Shown one piece after another: positions 11,571 to 25,411 of a stretch of DNA of 64,000 bases. The DNA lies in contig OZ024740.1 of the NCBI GenBank assembly GCA_964016885.1, forward strand, positions 242,854,001 through 242,918,000, read 5' to 3'. The notes beneath the pieces are model-generated. The model ran no database searches. It saw nothing but the letters and a program-made list of their open reading frames with translations, and was not told the origin of the DNA. The DNA comes from Eledone cirrhosa (lineage: Eukaryota). Positions within the stretch are counted from its first letter, which is position 1. The number at the start of each line of letters is the position of its first letter. The position numbers and the translations under genes are program-made.

Positions 11571-12040
11571 GCAGATGGTGGGGGTGTAGGTGATATATAA
11601 TGTATTACTAAAACATCTCCAAATTTGAATAAACCAATACTTTTATTTGATTTTAAATTATTATAAAATTCTATCAATATCATAATAATAATTTTACATT
11701 TGCAAGTGTAATGCTTTCTACTCCAGAAAGCCATGAGTTACAATTTCTTCTCTTTCAAATTATCAGTCCCAAATGGCTCTGTAAATGCCATCATGGCTAC
11801 TGCCCTTGCTATTTTGACCAAGCCATAAAAAAATGATAAGGACTAACTTTCTAAATAGTTTGGTCTACTTGATTGGCAAAAGCATTAGGAAACTACTGCA
11901 GTGTATCTCTATCTTATGTTAAATACAAAATGAGAAAACAAATCAAGTTTTGAGGAGGGAGAATGGTATTTAATCAAGAATTAATTTGTCTGATATATGT
12001 AATAGGTATTTCTTTTACCAACTTCTGGAATGATATATGT

Positions 12041-12338
12041 CATGTGTGTGCAACATATTCCATTGGCGGGCCACTTTTGAACATTGGAACAACTATTAGG
12101 GCCATTAATATTTATTAAGCACTATTTTAAAGATTCACCACAACTTCTTTCCATAACATGGAACTAGGAAATGATAACACACACAACCCTATCAGTGAAG
12201 CCCTTTAGTATAGGTCAACTAACAGAAAATTGTATTACGGCTACGAAAAAAATTCTAAATAAGCCTACAAGGTAAAAATTAAAAAGTCATCACAGGCCAC
12301 TTTGACTGGTCTGACGGGCTGCCTGTTGCACGAACCTG
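12041..12338. mobile_element. Non-autonomous hAT (Buster-type) MITE
   Basis: Imperfect TIRs catgtgtgtgcaac / gttgcacgaacctg; exact 8-bp TSD atatatgt (12033-40, 12339-46) with central TA. Confidence 0.8.
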
Positions 12339-12444
12339 ATATATGTAATACCGTTTATATGAGTTGACCAAAATGTGAGCAGTAGACAATTACATTTTGT
12401 CAGTTTATCATATTTTTAATCATACGTCTTTTCCAAAGTACTAG

Positions 12445-12815
12445 CATCATCCTCATTATTATCATTTTACTTCTGTTTTTTAATGCTTGCACAAGATGGA
12501 CATGTCTTTTTCAGCACAGTTTTCCTCTTCCTGTGTTCTTTCATCGTCTTCTATATGAGGTTCAACATTCTGGGGTCAGATCTTACCACTTCAGCTCAGG
12601 TTTTTCTCAATCTTCCTTTTCTGCAACTTCCTCCCACAGGGAACACTTAGCACTTCTTCACCCAACAATCATCTTTTATGTGCACCACATCTCTATACTT
12701 GTGCAAATATTCTCTCTTGTACACTGACTCTGATTCCTCTTATGCCCAGTTGTTTTCTCTCAGCTCATTCATGCCTTGTTATTCATGCACACTAACATTA
12801 TACATCCATAATTAT
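12445..12815 (-). mobile_element. Decayed RTE 3' fragment
   Basis: Aligns by eye to 3480-3830. Confidence 0.7.
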
Positions 12816-13178
12816 ACATCTAATTGTAATAATCACTAAAATGAATGCCTAGTAGTTAGTTGCATATTCGAAGTAGCATGGGATAATGGACAAAATACGT
12901 TACCATATTTAATTATGTCTCCTTACATTTCAAATTCAAATTTACTTTTGGGTTTCATTCTGCCAGGGTCAATAGAATATGCACCAGTTAAATATTGGAG
13001 TAACCAAAATGTGTTATCTTGAGACATAGTTATGCTTGTGTGGTTTAGAAGCTCACTTTAGAAATACATGGTCTCAGGGTCAATCTCGCTGAGTAATGCC
13101 TTGTGAGTGAATTTGGTTGATAGAAACTATGAAGAAATCCATCATGTATATATTTATGTAGATACAGATATTTATATA

Positions 13179-13527
13179 TGGAGGCACATGGCTTAATGGT
13201 TAGAGCATTGGCCTTGCAATCAAAAGGTTGTGAGTTCAATTCTCAGACCGGGTGATGTGTTGTTTCCTTGAGCAAGACACTTTATTTCACATTGTTCCAG
13301 TTTACTCAGCTGTAGAAATGAGATGATAGGGACTGGGGTCCATATCACTCCACTGCAAAGTGGTCGTGGAGGTGCCACGGCAAAAAAGCACCCAGCACTC
13401 ACTGTAAATGAGGTTGGTGTTAGGAAGGGCATCCAGCTGTAGAAATCAAGCCAGAATCAGTTCCCGTCCCACCCTTGCAAGCAGGGAAAAAGTGGACGTA
13501 AAATGAAATGATGATGATGATGATGAT
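13179..13527 (+). mobile_element. Family A CORE-like SINE
   Basis: Near-identical to 9618-9961. Confidence 0.9.
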
Positions 13528-14486
13528 ATCTACATATATGTTTGTGTGTGTGTCCGTGTGTGTCTGTGTGTGTGTCCGTGTGTGTCTGTATGTGCACATG
13601 TATACTGTGTGTATATGTTTGTGCCAATCACTGAAAACATGTTATTGACACTGAATAAAGATGTCAGCAATGACCTCTCCCTATAAAAATATGTCCTGCA
13701 ACACTGCATTCTGACAAATGTCAGTGGTATATACCATATTTAGAAAAATAAGGTATGGGTTGATTTCAGGAAGGGCATCCAACTGTAGAAAACTATCTTC
13801 AAAAAGTTTCATCTCAACTCATGCAAGTATATAAAAAGTGAACATAGAAAATGATGATAATGATGATGATGGCAATGAATGATGATGATGATGATGATGA
13901 TGGTAATGATGATGAGAATGATGCTGACAATGATGATGATGATGGCAACTTGTTCTAACTTGTGTTAGAAGTCAATTAGTTATATATCTTCAAATAGTTC
14001 CCAACATCAACTAGTGAAAATAATACAATAAACATGAAGAAAATTTTCGTTTTATATTTGCTACTTCTATTATTAAGACTAGAATGATGAAAGGAACCAA
14101 ATTCTGAATTACAAAGTTATAAGGTAATAACTATATTAATTAGAGAAAATTAATTAAAAGAGAAAATGTCTCTTATTTTATCACCTTCTAATTTTCTTGA
14201 TGTGAGTTGCAAATAGTGAAGTTGTAAAGTAGCAGACAGCTATCTGATTTGTCAACAATTGGTACTCTTTCAGTGAAACTGGACTGTGTACACAATAAAC
14301 ATTGTTAACTATCACTAGACCAGACTAGCCTAGTCATAAATAGATACTATAAGTTGACACAGCCCACTGTTAGAGGAAGAACTAAAATTGACAAATGCTT
14401 TATTAGATTGCATACAATGCTGAGTTTAACACAGCTTCCTACTGCCACTGCTGTTGTTGCTTTTTCATCATCATCATTATTTTACT

Positions 14487-15002
14487 GGCAGTGAATTGGC
14501 AGTATCGGTAGAGGGTTGGACGCCATGCTTTCTAGCATAGTTACGTCCCTTTACAGTCTGAGTTCAAATCCTGCCGAGGTTAACTTTGCCTTTCATCCTT
14601 ACGGGGTCGATAAAATAAAGTACCAGTAATGTACTGGGTAATTGCTGGCCTTGTGCCTAAAGTAGAAACAATTATTTTACTGGCAGTATCGGTAGAGAGT
14701 CAGACGCCATGCTTTCCAGCATAGTTACATCCCTCTACGGTCTGAGGTTCACTTTGCCTTTCATCCTTATGGGGTCGATAAACTAAAGTACCAGTAATCA
14801 TCATCATCATCATCATCATCATTTCATTTTATGTCCGCTTTTCCCTGCTTGCAAGGGTGGGACGAGAACTGATTCTGGCTTGATTTCTACAGCTGGATGC
14901 CCTTCCTAACACCAACCTCATTTACAGTGAGTGTTGGGTGTGTTTTTGTAATGTACTGGGTAATTGCTGGCCTTGTGCCAAAAGTAGAAACAATTATTTT
15001 AC
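14487..15002 (+). mobile_element. Two tandem family B SINEs; the second is interrupted by a minus-strand family A 3' fragment (14798-14947)
   Basis: Family B: tggcagtatcggtagag...gagttcaaatcc...gcctttcatccttacggggtcgataaaataaagtaccag (resembles the Meta-SINE domain); gtaat duplicated around the nested insert. Confidence 0.85.
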
Positions 15003-15464
15003 ATATGCTTTTTCATCCAGAACAGTTTCCCTCCTCCTACTGCACTCCTACTGCACCCCTACTTGTCATCTCTGGGAGGTTCAGCATTTTGAGATCTGCT
15101 CTCACTACTTCCGCTATTTTAGATGCAACTCATGAAGCTCAAATCTTCAGTGATACTATTGTAAATAAATGAGTTATGGGATTCATCAATTTCTTTAGTA
15201 GCTTTCAAAGCTGTTCATGTTTAAGACGGAACAAATTTTAAAAGAAAAAAAAATCTACAAAATTAGTAATATTTCCTAGCAGTCGTCAATATTCATTATG
15301 GATAAAAAATTGAAAACTCATTGGTTAAAGTTTTGGTAAATGATAAGGGAAGTACATTAAAACAGGTTTTGAACCTAAAAACATATATGAAAAATAAATG
15401 ACAGAACTTAATAGAAACCCTGAAGATAATAGGGAGAGGAGCAAAACAAGTAAACATTGAGTAC

Positions 15465-15585
15465 CTGAACACACTGAAGATATTGGAGCCAACGATGGTG
15501 CTCTCTGAGTGAAGTCAGATGAGATATCAAGAATGTTGTTCGTGTCAGCTACATTGGAAGGTTTATCAGATGTCATTTTGTTATC
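15465..15585 (-). CDS. Possible internal exon of an unidentified host gene
   Basis: Non-repeat sequence; tttatttag| acceptor and CAG|gtac donor; open frame DNKMTSDKPSNVADTNNILDISSDFTQRAPSLAPISSVCS; weak pyrimidine tract; no recognised domain. Confidence 0.3.
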
Positions 15586-15744
15586 CTAAATAAACCTTGA
15601 CTGTACAGACCAATGATGAGAGGTGTTCTGGTTGGAAGCATTCTATCTCATTGTATATCAGAATGACTACATTGTCTAATGTATCCTTCTTTATTTACAA
15701 TGGTAGGGTATGATTTGAGGGAGATTTGGCAACTATTTCTGAAA

Positions 15745-15925
15745 CGGGAAAGTGACTGGTCTCAAGTTGCAGATAACTAGATGCTGATCAATTGACAGCT
15801 CAGCCCCTCTCTTAACACATACATCCAGCACAGAATCAAAGAGATCAGAGACAATTACAAAATCAATTATTGATTTCTGTCCCTGATTCACCTTATACCA
15901 TGTATATTTAGAGTCACCCCAGGTA
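15745..15925 (-). mobile_element. RTE-clade APE endonuclease fragment
   Basis: YTWY...SIIDFVIVS...VKRGAELSIDQHLV (C-terminal APE motifs, SDH-like). Confidence 0.75.
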
Positions 15926-16270
15926 GAGCTGCTACTTATCTGAATTGAGAAATCACAGCTCTGATACAATGGGCATGTGGTTAGAATGTCTCAGGTAAGA
16001 ATTGCTGGGCAAATTTTACAGGCAAAAACCAACTGGTAGGAGACTCAGGGGTAGACCCCAAGCAAGATGGTTGGATAACATCTATGAGCTTGGCTGGTCT
16101 TGCTTGGTGACCCAGCCAGATCAGGTGGAGATGGTTGTTTCTGACAGGACTGCTGCAGGGAGTGTTTGAGGACTCTGCCCCCATGACCCTCTCAGGAATA
16201 ACTGGGTGAAGAAGAAGAAGAAGAAGAAGAAGAAGAAGAAGAAGAAGAAGAAGAAGAAGAAGAAGAAGAA
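15926..16270 (+). mobile_element. 3' end of (GAA)n-tailed RTE LINE
   Basis: Homologous to the reverse complement of 10198-10510; (GAA)n tail at 16208-16270. Confidence 0.8.
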
Positions 16271-16848
16271 AGTAAAGTGACGAGATAAGAGAGTTCCCTC
16301 AATGGCTCATCAAAACAAAATATAATCCAAATGAATATTACATAGAAAAAAAGTTTTAAGCTTTTTATGTACACTATATGTGATTGTTTTGTTGATCTGG
16401 GATTAAACCGTTTGAGTTATAATGTATATAAAGGAAAGAAAACTAAGGATTTGAAACAGAAAATTTTGTAGATCAAGCATGAAACTAGATAATATGTTGC
16501 TAAGTAAGATGCCAACCAATTAGAACTTCATAATTCTAAGATTTTAATCTCATAGAATGTTCCATCAAATAAATATATATTGCACAAAGCAGATTTAATT
16601 TACATCTCACAGACAATTTCACCAAATACAAAGAAGAAAAAATGTTTTTTCTTACTTTTTTTACCTTCTACCTGTATATATATGCACACTTTGAAATTAG
16701 AAAACTCTTGTTCAGCTTTCCATTAAACATACATCCTGTATATTACTGAAATATGGGAATACAGGGAGAGGGATATACATATATATATATATGTGTGTGT
16801 GTGTGTATATGCATATATTATATATAATATATGTATATACTGTAATAT

Positions 16849-16933
<85 letters not shown>

Positions 16934-17399
16934 AGAGAGAGAAAGAGAGAGAGATGAGTAAAATCATATGTTGTGCTGTTAATCTAATATCACTTGCATC
17001 AACCCTAAGGCACATCCAAAACATTGCAATGTTTGTTGGGGAGGGTCTTCTCTTATGTGTATAAAGTAGAACATTTAAAAAAAAATGCAATTCTCTTAGA
17101 CTAGAGCGAAATTAAGAATTTTTTGCCAGTTGTTTACAAATGCTACATTTAATGGTAAGCAATTTCTTCATGTAATGAATATTTTAATACAGTCTAAGAG
17201 TTGATGTTTAGGATTTTTTGCAAATATATATGAGAGAAAAAGGTTGTATAGTAAGAGCATGATACAAAATTGTTTCCTCAATATTTGTAGTAATTTTGTT
17301 TTTGTGCTGTTAAAAGAGATTAAGCTGTCATGTGCATATTGAAGGATATTCTTATGGAAGAGGAAATAATACAACTTTGGTGTTTGGTGTTTAGGTTAT

Positions 17400-18240
17400 G
17401 ATACCATTGTATTAAGGAGGAGTGTATGATAGTATCAAGTGCATAGCAGTGCATGTGTATTGTTAGAGATGAAAGTACATAGGTCATTAATGTACATGAA
17501 AGAGTATGGAGACTATAATGAAATCTTGGGGTGTGCCTGAGTTGGTAACATGTAAGTCAGAGATAGAGAGTGAGAGATAGAGTGACACACTAGTGCAAGC
17601 TCTAAGAAAAGAGGTTTGATGAAAGTGATGAGTGGTGTGTGGTCAGCTTAGTTTAAAAATTCTCATACCAGATATGGTTGAAGGTTTTGCTGATTTCAAG
17701 TTCATTTTATTGTTTTCCTGCAAATTATTAAGGATGAGAGATCACTAATGATTAATATAGGAGAAGCAAGTCTTCCCTAGATTTGGCTCTACAGAAGCCA
17801 TGTTGGTGATACTGAGTAAAGGCTGATGGTAACATAGAACATGATATTTTATGACCATTTCCACCACCTTAAAGATTTAGAAAGAGAGAGTAATTGGTCA
17901 GTAGGTAGCATGGAGGCTGCCCTTCTTGGGGATGGGACACATTTTGCATGTTTCCATAGAATATGGCAAATCCCACTAAAGAGGAAATATTGGAAAGTTT
18001 GAAGATAGCAGCTAAGTCTGAAATACATTTTGTAAGAGTAATAGATAAAACACTTCTGCGATAACTAGAGGCAACTGTATATGCTAATGATACTGGTGAA
18101 GAGGAAAAGGATAGTTTGAGAAAAGTTGTGCTTAATAGGGTGCAGTACAAAGTTAAAGGCAACACAAATAGCATATGTGGTGACTTTTTCAGTGAGAGGG
18201 CTTCTAACAGAAGCATCATGGTTAAGGAATGAGGGGTCAA
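17400..18240 (-). mobile_element. Decayed CR1/L2/Jockey-group LINE RT fragment
   Basis: Minus-strand DNA gives remnants of P.PKKG...Y.PI.L, QHGF, ISKTF motifs across frameshifts. Confidence 0.55.
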
Positions 18241-19354
18241 GAGATTTTGCAATTTGTGTGGTATTTTTTCTTTAGTTACCATGCAAGCATTAGAATGAAA
18301 CAAATATAAGAGATTAAATGATCCTTCTAGAAGATATAACAAAAAGATGGCATTTTTTATTTTATTTTCTATTAGAAAATATCTCAAAAGACGTTGCTAA
18401 ATTTATTATGTGGTAAGAAAAATGACAGACATTTTATCTATTGTTCAGTAATTAATAATGTTTCCAAATTCAAAAAGACACAGGAAAGATTTTACACAAA
18501 AACAATTTCCTGGTTGTTATAGCAATCATAAAATTTCTATTAAAACATAAAATGTTTTTATCACCTGTAAAGTGTATGAAGTTAATTGCTGCGAAATACA
18601 AATTAGAATTTACAGTTGACAATAGGAAATTCATAAATCTGCTGGAGGTATGTTGGTGGATATTTTGTCCTCAGTATTTGTTGTGTTTATTGAAATCTCA
18701 AAGCTATGTACAGAATGGCAAGCATGGCAATAGATTAACATGCTGAAGCAAGACAAAGGATGAGATGAAAAGATGACAATGTTGGTGGATGAGTGTGGCA
18801 CAAGATAAGAACAATTTGCACTGATTTGGAGGGTCCTTCACCTTGCAGGAGACAGATAATGGCTGAGCAAGATGATGTTGATATTGAAATCATAACAGAC
18901 CAGTCTACCCATCTCTAAGTTATTATAGAGTACTATGCAGGTATATTTCACTGAAATAACAATTGAGTGTACTGTAAACTTCATGAGTGTTTCATTGACT
19001 TGAGAAGTGTTACTGAGTATCACAAGTTTTATCATTCATTATACCCCCATGTAGTGTGAAAGTGATAGCCATTTTCCTAGATAATAGGGCAGAGAATCTT
19101 CTAATACTAAATGTCTACTTTCAGTGAAGAAATTCAACTAAATGAAGGTGAGATACAGAAATAACTGTCAAATGACTTTGTAGTCAAAAGATCTTCTGTG
19201 GTTCAAAAGAATAGATCAATGAGATTCCCATAGTCTCAATCTACTATAGAATAAAACCACAATCGTTATGAATAATTGGTAGAGGAACAACCCTATTCTT
19301 CTTGACTGCAGTACAGGCTCTAAGGAGAAATAAGACATGTCATGTTCTCATTTT

Positions 19355-20240
19355 CATCATCATTTGACATCTGTTTTTCTATGCTTCATTAATTGGATAA
19401 AACCTTTCTAACACAGCTTCTTGCTATTTGTTGCAGTCCCTTATCATCTCTTTTCTGTGGTTTAATATTCTGTGGTAAGCCTTTACAACTTCTTTCCATG
19501 TCTTCCTCTTCTGTAAGTTCCTCCCACATGAACTGCTTGGCACTTATTTAACCAACTGTAAAGGTCTCCTCTGCACAACATTACAGATGGATCCTCAATT
19601 TTCCCTTCGGATCATTTGTGCTCCATCGTTCATGTACACTAACATCCAGTAAAGTATGCTTGTCTTGTTTCTGTCCAGTTTTTACAAATCCTCCAAAATC
19701 AATGTCCATCTTCTAATATCACCCATTCCACTTTATACACAAGTTTCATATAATTTGCTTTTCATTCAGAGAAAGAATCCCTTTATTGCCAGAAGTAATA
19801 GCACCAGGATTTTTTTTATATCATTCTTATTCTAACTGCTACACTTATCATGTACTCACCTTCACTACTAATCAAGTCACCTAGGTAAAAAAAAAAAAAA
19901 GAAAAAAAGCTCTTACAACTTCTGGGGAGCGTTCCAATCACTTGAAATAATTTATTTCATCAAAGCTCTTATTGCTAACTCCTCCAGTGCACGAGTAGCA
20001 TATTAAGTTCTCTGTCTTTATCCGACTACCTGTGATTCCACCACAACTGTGACTTTTGTTTTGCTAGATTTATTTTTAGCGCTCTTGATTCTAGGCTAAG
20101 CTTCGATATTTGGAACTTATTCCTTAATTCTTTGACTGATTTAGCTATGAGAAAGGAATCATCAGTACATATAAATTCAAACAAAAAGCCAGTCTTGAAC
20201 ACCTCAGAAATGGCTTTGAGAAAATTATCAAACTCCTTAT
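19355..20240 (-). mobile_element. Decayed RTE fragment
   Basis: Collinear by eye with 3480-4520. Confidence 0.65.
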
Positions 20241-21793
20241 CATACTAAGCTATCTTGTTTCTCTTTTATCGATTCCTGACATTAGAATATGGCCATGTTG
20301 GGGCACAACATTTAAAGGTTTAGTTGAACATATTGACCCCAGTACTTATTTCAGTCTAATACTTATCTTATCAATTTCCATTTGTTAAACTGCTTAAGAA
20401 ATGACATGAACAACACCAGTCTTTAAACTGGTATAAACAAACACAAATACACACACAAGCTCCTGCAGTTTCCATCAACCTAGCCCCACACACAAAACAT
20501 AGGTCAAATTGAAGCTATGGTAGTAAATACTTAACTAAAATGGTGCATAGTGGAATTGAACCTGAAACTACATGGTTGTAAAGTGAACTTCATAACCACA
20601 CAGTGATGCATGCATTTGTGTATGTATAATATTGATTTCTAAGATATGAATATGACCATAATTTTGTAGGGCCCAGTTGATTATCCCAGTAGTTGACTGC
20701 TACTTATTTTATCAACTATCGAAAGATAAAAGGCAAAGTCCATGTCAGGATTTGAACACGAAATGTAAAGAGACTGAACTAAATACTGTGGACTATGACA
20801 ACCCATTCAACCCAGGAAAGCAGACGGAAAATACAAATGGTGATGATAATAATAATGATAGTAAGGATTTCTAAAATAAATACAAAGCCCATACGTTTAG
20901 GAAGGAAAAAACTCAATTAAATAAACCCATTACTTGACTGACCCATGGATGGATGAATGGCGAAATTAAAAATACTGAAAGACATTTTGTCTGAGCTTCT
21001 ACTACCAATCCTGCCATTCGCTGCAGTATCCATCACTTTAGAATAATAATAATGACATCAACAAGGTTATATTTTATACAAACAAAAATCACTTTTAATT
21101 CTAATTACCAAAATTATTCTATTTCAACATTTTCCCCATTGTTAGTTCAAAGATTGCATTAAAACTACTCTTGCCATTTAATATGTATGCTGTACAGAAG
21201 ATCTCAAACTCAGTGTTACTCTAATCTATAAATTGATTTTTTATAATAGAAATAATCTAAATGAAATAAAATTAAGCAACAAGAATTGAGCTAAAAATTC
21301 CCAATTGCCACAGGAGCAATTTACAACAGATAATTCAAACAAAGTATTTTTGATGTATCTGAAAATTGAAATTTCAATAAAAGAGAACCAAGTTATTTTG
21401 TTGATTTTGCCAGAAATCAATATTGTGGTCAGAATTGAAGTCTCAGACAGACATAGAATATGGAAAATTTGTATCAAGAAAGATAAACAGTTATTGGAAT
21501 TAAATTGCATTTTCTATTTAAAACAATATCACGTTATATAATATTTGCAAATGTATAAAAGCTATATGGTCAAGTGGTTATAACATTAAGATAAACTACT
21601 CAGGTAGTTTAGATGGGGGAAGGGGCAGGACACTTAAATTTACATTGTTCAATTCATTTGGCTGTTCCACCCTCAATTGGCTTATAACTTATTCAAGGGC
21701 AATTCATCTCTTATTTGTCTTAATACAACTACATATGAAACCAAGCACTAGATTTGTTAAGTTAAACTACTCTGGCTCATTACTTACAATAAG

Positions 21794-21985
21794 GGCAGTG
21801 AATTGGCAGTATCGGTAGGTCGGATGCCATGCTTTGCAGTATAGAGTTTCGGCCCTTTATGTTCTGAGTTCAAATCCTGCCAAGGTTAACTTTGCCTCTC
21901 ATCTCTCATCCTTACGGAGTCAATAAAATAAAGCACCAGTAACACACTGGGGTAATTGCTGGCCTTGTGCCAAAAAGTAGAAACA
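21794..21985 (+). mobile_element. Family B SINE with 15-bp TSD
   Basis: TSD attacttacaataag at 21779-93 and 21986-22000. Confidence 0.9.
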
Positions 21986-22741
21986 ATTACTTACAATAAG
22001 TGAAACAAATTATGGTTATTTAAGTTTTATCTTGAGTCATATATATTCAAACTGCTTGTAAACATGCCTGATAGTCAGATGAAAATACTTAAGGAAAACT
22101 AACTGCTGCTATTGAAAAAACAGTGGCTAAGGAAACAAAAAAGTGGGATGAAGATAAACATCACAAAGCTTCCGTTACAGTTTTAGGATCGGTCAGGGTG
22201 GGGGTGGCTTAAGTATATATGCTGTACATGCATATTATTATTATTAGCTCACACTTTTTTTTTATCATCAATATGAGACTAAGAAAGAAATTAAAAACAT
22301 GATCATACAAACATATTTAGAGACAATAGAAAATCAATGTAGTAAAAACGAAAGTACAAGTATATTGAAACAAATTATTTCTATACTATTGGAGGAGCTT
22401 AAGCCTCTTAGTGGCAGAAGGTTTGAATCAAGCTGGTGCACACAGAATCCAAAGTTACAATAAGAAAGACAGAGAAGTGAGTTGAGGTCAAACAATTAAG
22501 TTAGAGCACAGGAAAGAGCAACTGAAATAATTCTTATTGGAAATAATTTTCAGCCTCACAGTTTTGTGGCTCAAATTCCATTCAGACTGATTGGAGCTTT
22601 CATTATATTGCCATTAACCCTTTCATTATAATATTTCTAATTAAAGACACTACCTATGATTTACAAATAATTTTGAAAATACTCAAGAATATGAATTTAG
22701 TAATATAGTTAACTTCCTCATCGTTTATCTATTGCTTAGAT

Positions 22742-25411
22742 CACAGGTTCTCAACCCATTTAGGCCAAACGCCCCCTTTTGTCCCTCGAAATCACGAAAC
22801 GCCCCCTACCCTATTTTTCCATTTTTCAATATACTACTGATTTTGATATCTGTAGATTAATAAAAAATTGATTACTAAAAAATTGATTACTAAAAAATTT
22901 TTTGATTAACAATATTCCAAAAAATTTTTAAAAATTGATTAACAATATTCCAAGCCTTACTTGCAGGCAGCTGAGAGTATAAATACATTCTTGAAAGGAA
23001 ATATATAAATTTCCATAAAAGGAACATAAATGTTCTTTTTTATGAATAAGGACCAGTTGAATTTGTTATATTCCCACCAGACGATACCAACTATTTTGAA
23101 CATTTATACAAGAGCAACTCTGTCTATCCAAAGAGTGCTCTTATCTGGAAGAAAGTGGCAATTATATCATTTCAAAGCTTTCCAATTTTCCCTTTAATGA
23201 AACAGACAGAATAAATGTTGATATCTAACTTGATGTCCCCTCTGCTTTGTGAGCTTAGAGACCACGGCAGAGGGTTTTCATGACCATGTGGGAGGGTATA
23301 TTTATTAGTAAATGGTAAAATATATACAACAAATGAGTAAGTGAATTGTAGTAGATGGTTTCCAGTCCAGTCAGACTGCAACTACAAATAAAAAAAATTG
23401 TTAGTTTGCTTTGTAACAATAGCATATCTAAGTTTTCGGATAAATCAACTTACTTTAACTTTGACCTCATTTCAATGGGACCCTTGAACTTTATGGAGTC
23501 TAGCTAACTCTTTGACATCAGGCTGGATTTTTCGTAAGATGTAGCCGGAGATCTCCACATGTAATTACATTGTAGCAGTTGCAAGCCTTACTGTGCAGTC
23601 TGGAAACAGCACCAAACCTCCTCTTGACTAAGTATGAGCTTGGAAAAGGCAGAGCAAATCTCTTAGCCTCTGCATGAATTTCCTCTTGCATCCAAAAAAG
23701 GGGTTCACCTATTTTGGGAAATCTAATTTTGATCATGTCATCTGCTTGAAGTTCAATGAATTCTTCCTGAAATATAACGTCCAAATCATCGACGTTAGCT
23801 ATGAAGGGATCTGCTACCCACATTGGGATGTCCATCGGCAAAAGGTCGACAAACCATTCTCTCATGTTGTCTTGTAGCACACGGAGGTGAGCAGTATAAA
23901 TTTGGAGTTGGTCATCGCTTACAATGTTTTGAACATTGGCGACACTAGGAAAATTATAGAATTCCCGTCAACAAAGATTCCTTTCGATGACATTCAATTT
24001 GGCCAGGAATGTTTTCACAGCATTCCTTGCTTTAAGCAAGGTGATCTTCTTCCCCTGCAAAGCCAAAATGACGCTATTGCATTTGTCAACGATGTTGGCG
24101 AGGTAGGCGCAGTTTTGCCTCACATCGAGGGTTTTCTTGTACAGTTCTGTGTTGCGTACTCGCAGAAACTCAATGATAGAGTCAAACAGTTCAAAGAAGT
24201 GAGGCACTTACCCTTTGAAAGCCACCTCACTTCATTATGAAGGAGCAACTTGATGAATTCTTCGTCATTATCTTGGCACAGTTGCCGGAAAATTCGTTCA
24301 TTGAGGGAATGCCGTTTGGTAAAATTGATGAGATCAAGGGCCACCTGCAAGGACTTGCTCAGTGGCTTTCTGAGTTTCTTCACAGCCAAGTGTTGTCGGT
24401 GAATGACACAATGAACAACAAATACAGATAGATTTTCTCTCTTCAGAAGAGTGACGAAACCCTTATGTTGGCCGACCATTGCTCTAGCGTCATCCGTAGC
24501 ACATGATACAATGTGTGTTGTATTTGGTCCTAGATGTATGTATTACCTGCCTGTGTGTTGTAGGTAGTCCTAGATGTATGTATTACCTGCTTATGTATTG
24601 CATGTGGTCCTAGATGTAAGTATTACCTGAATATGTGTTGTATGTGGTCCTAGACGTTTGTATTACCTGATTATGTGTTGTATGTGGTCCTGGATGTTTG
24701 TATTACTTGTCTGTGTGTTGTATGTTGTCCTAGATGTGTGTGCTACCTCCTTATGTGTTGCATGTAGTCCTAGATGTGTGTATTACCTGCTTATGTGTTG
24801 TATGTGGTCCTAGATGTGTGTATTACCTGCTTATGTGTTGTATGTGGTCCTAGATGTGTGTATTATCTGATTATGTGTTGTGTGTGGTCCTAGATGTGTG
24901 TGCTACCTGCTTCTGTGTTTTTTTTTTCTTTTTTTTATTTGTAATATTATTTATACAATAGGAAATACAATAGATCTACATAGTGTTAACTCGTTACGGT
25001 TGAGTCAATAACTTCAGACATGAAATACATTGTTATCGGTGAAGGAAAGACAAGATTCTAACTGGCTGCGATTGAAGTGTCCTTGACCCAGTTGACTGTG
25101 GGTTTTTCCATTGTTAGGATCTCAATTGCCGGTTAATGTCTAGACATGCCTGCACACCTGCTCACAGCTGCGGTCAGACTATAGTTATGCTGTCTGCATG
25201 CTCATTCAAATGCATTTACCCTGGCTGTCTCAAAGACATACAAATATGGCTTATAAAACTTACCAAAGTAAAGAGCCTTCCAGTGCACTCCAAAGCTCCA
25301 AACTCCCCCCTAATGCCCCCTTGCTCCCAAACGCCCCCTTGCTCCCAAACGCACCCCTGGATTTCCGAAACGCCCCCTGGGGGTGCATATGCCCCCCGTT
25401 GAGAACCTTTG
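22742..25411 (-). mobile_element. Defective hAT DNA transposon (Buster/Charlie group)
   Basis: TIRs cacaggttctcaac / gttgagaacctttg (13/14); 8-bp TSD gcttagat with central TA; transposase remnants about 23470-24510 (HCVIHRQHL, EVRWLSKG, LPFPSSYLV, DLRLHLT); subterminal aaacgccccc repeats at both ends. Confidence 0.93.
24511..24918. repeat. Minisatellite, about 10 x 40 bp
   Basis: Unit ggtcctagatgtgtgtattacctgcttatgtgttgtatgt with exact 40-bp period. Confidence 0.95.

Noticed and set aside
18842-18914. Minus-strand AG...GT exon candidate
   Set aside because: Weak splice signals and no recognisable peptide
24511-24918. Regular 40-bp array as a CRISPR array
   Set aside because: Units are contiguous with no unique spacers, no cas genes, and the context is eukaryotic; it is a minisatellite
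25040-25150. Minus-strand IEILTMEKPTVN as a GIY-YIG C-terminus
   Set aside because: Too short and needs frameshifts; cannot be supported without a search
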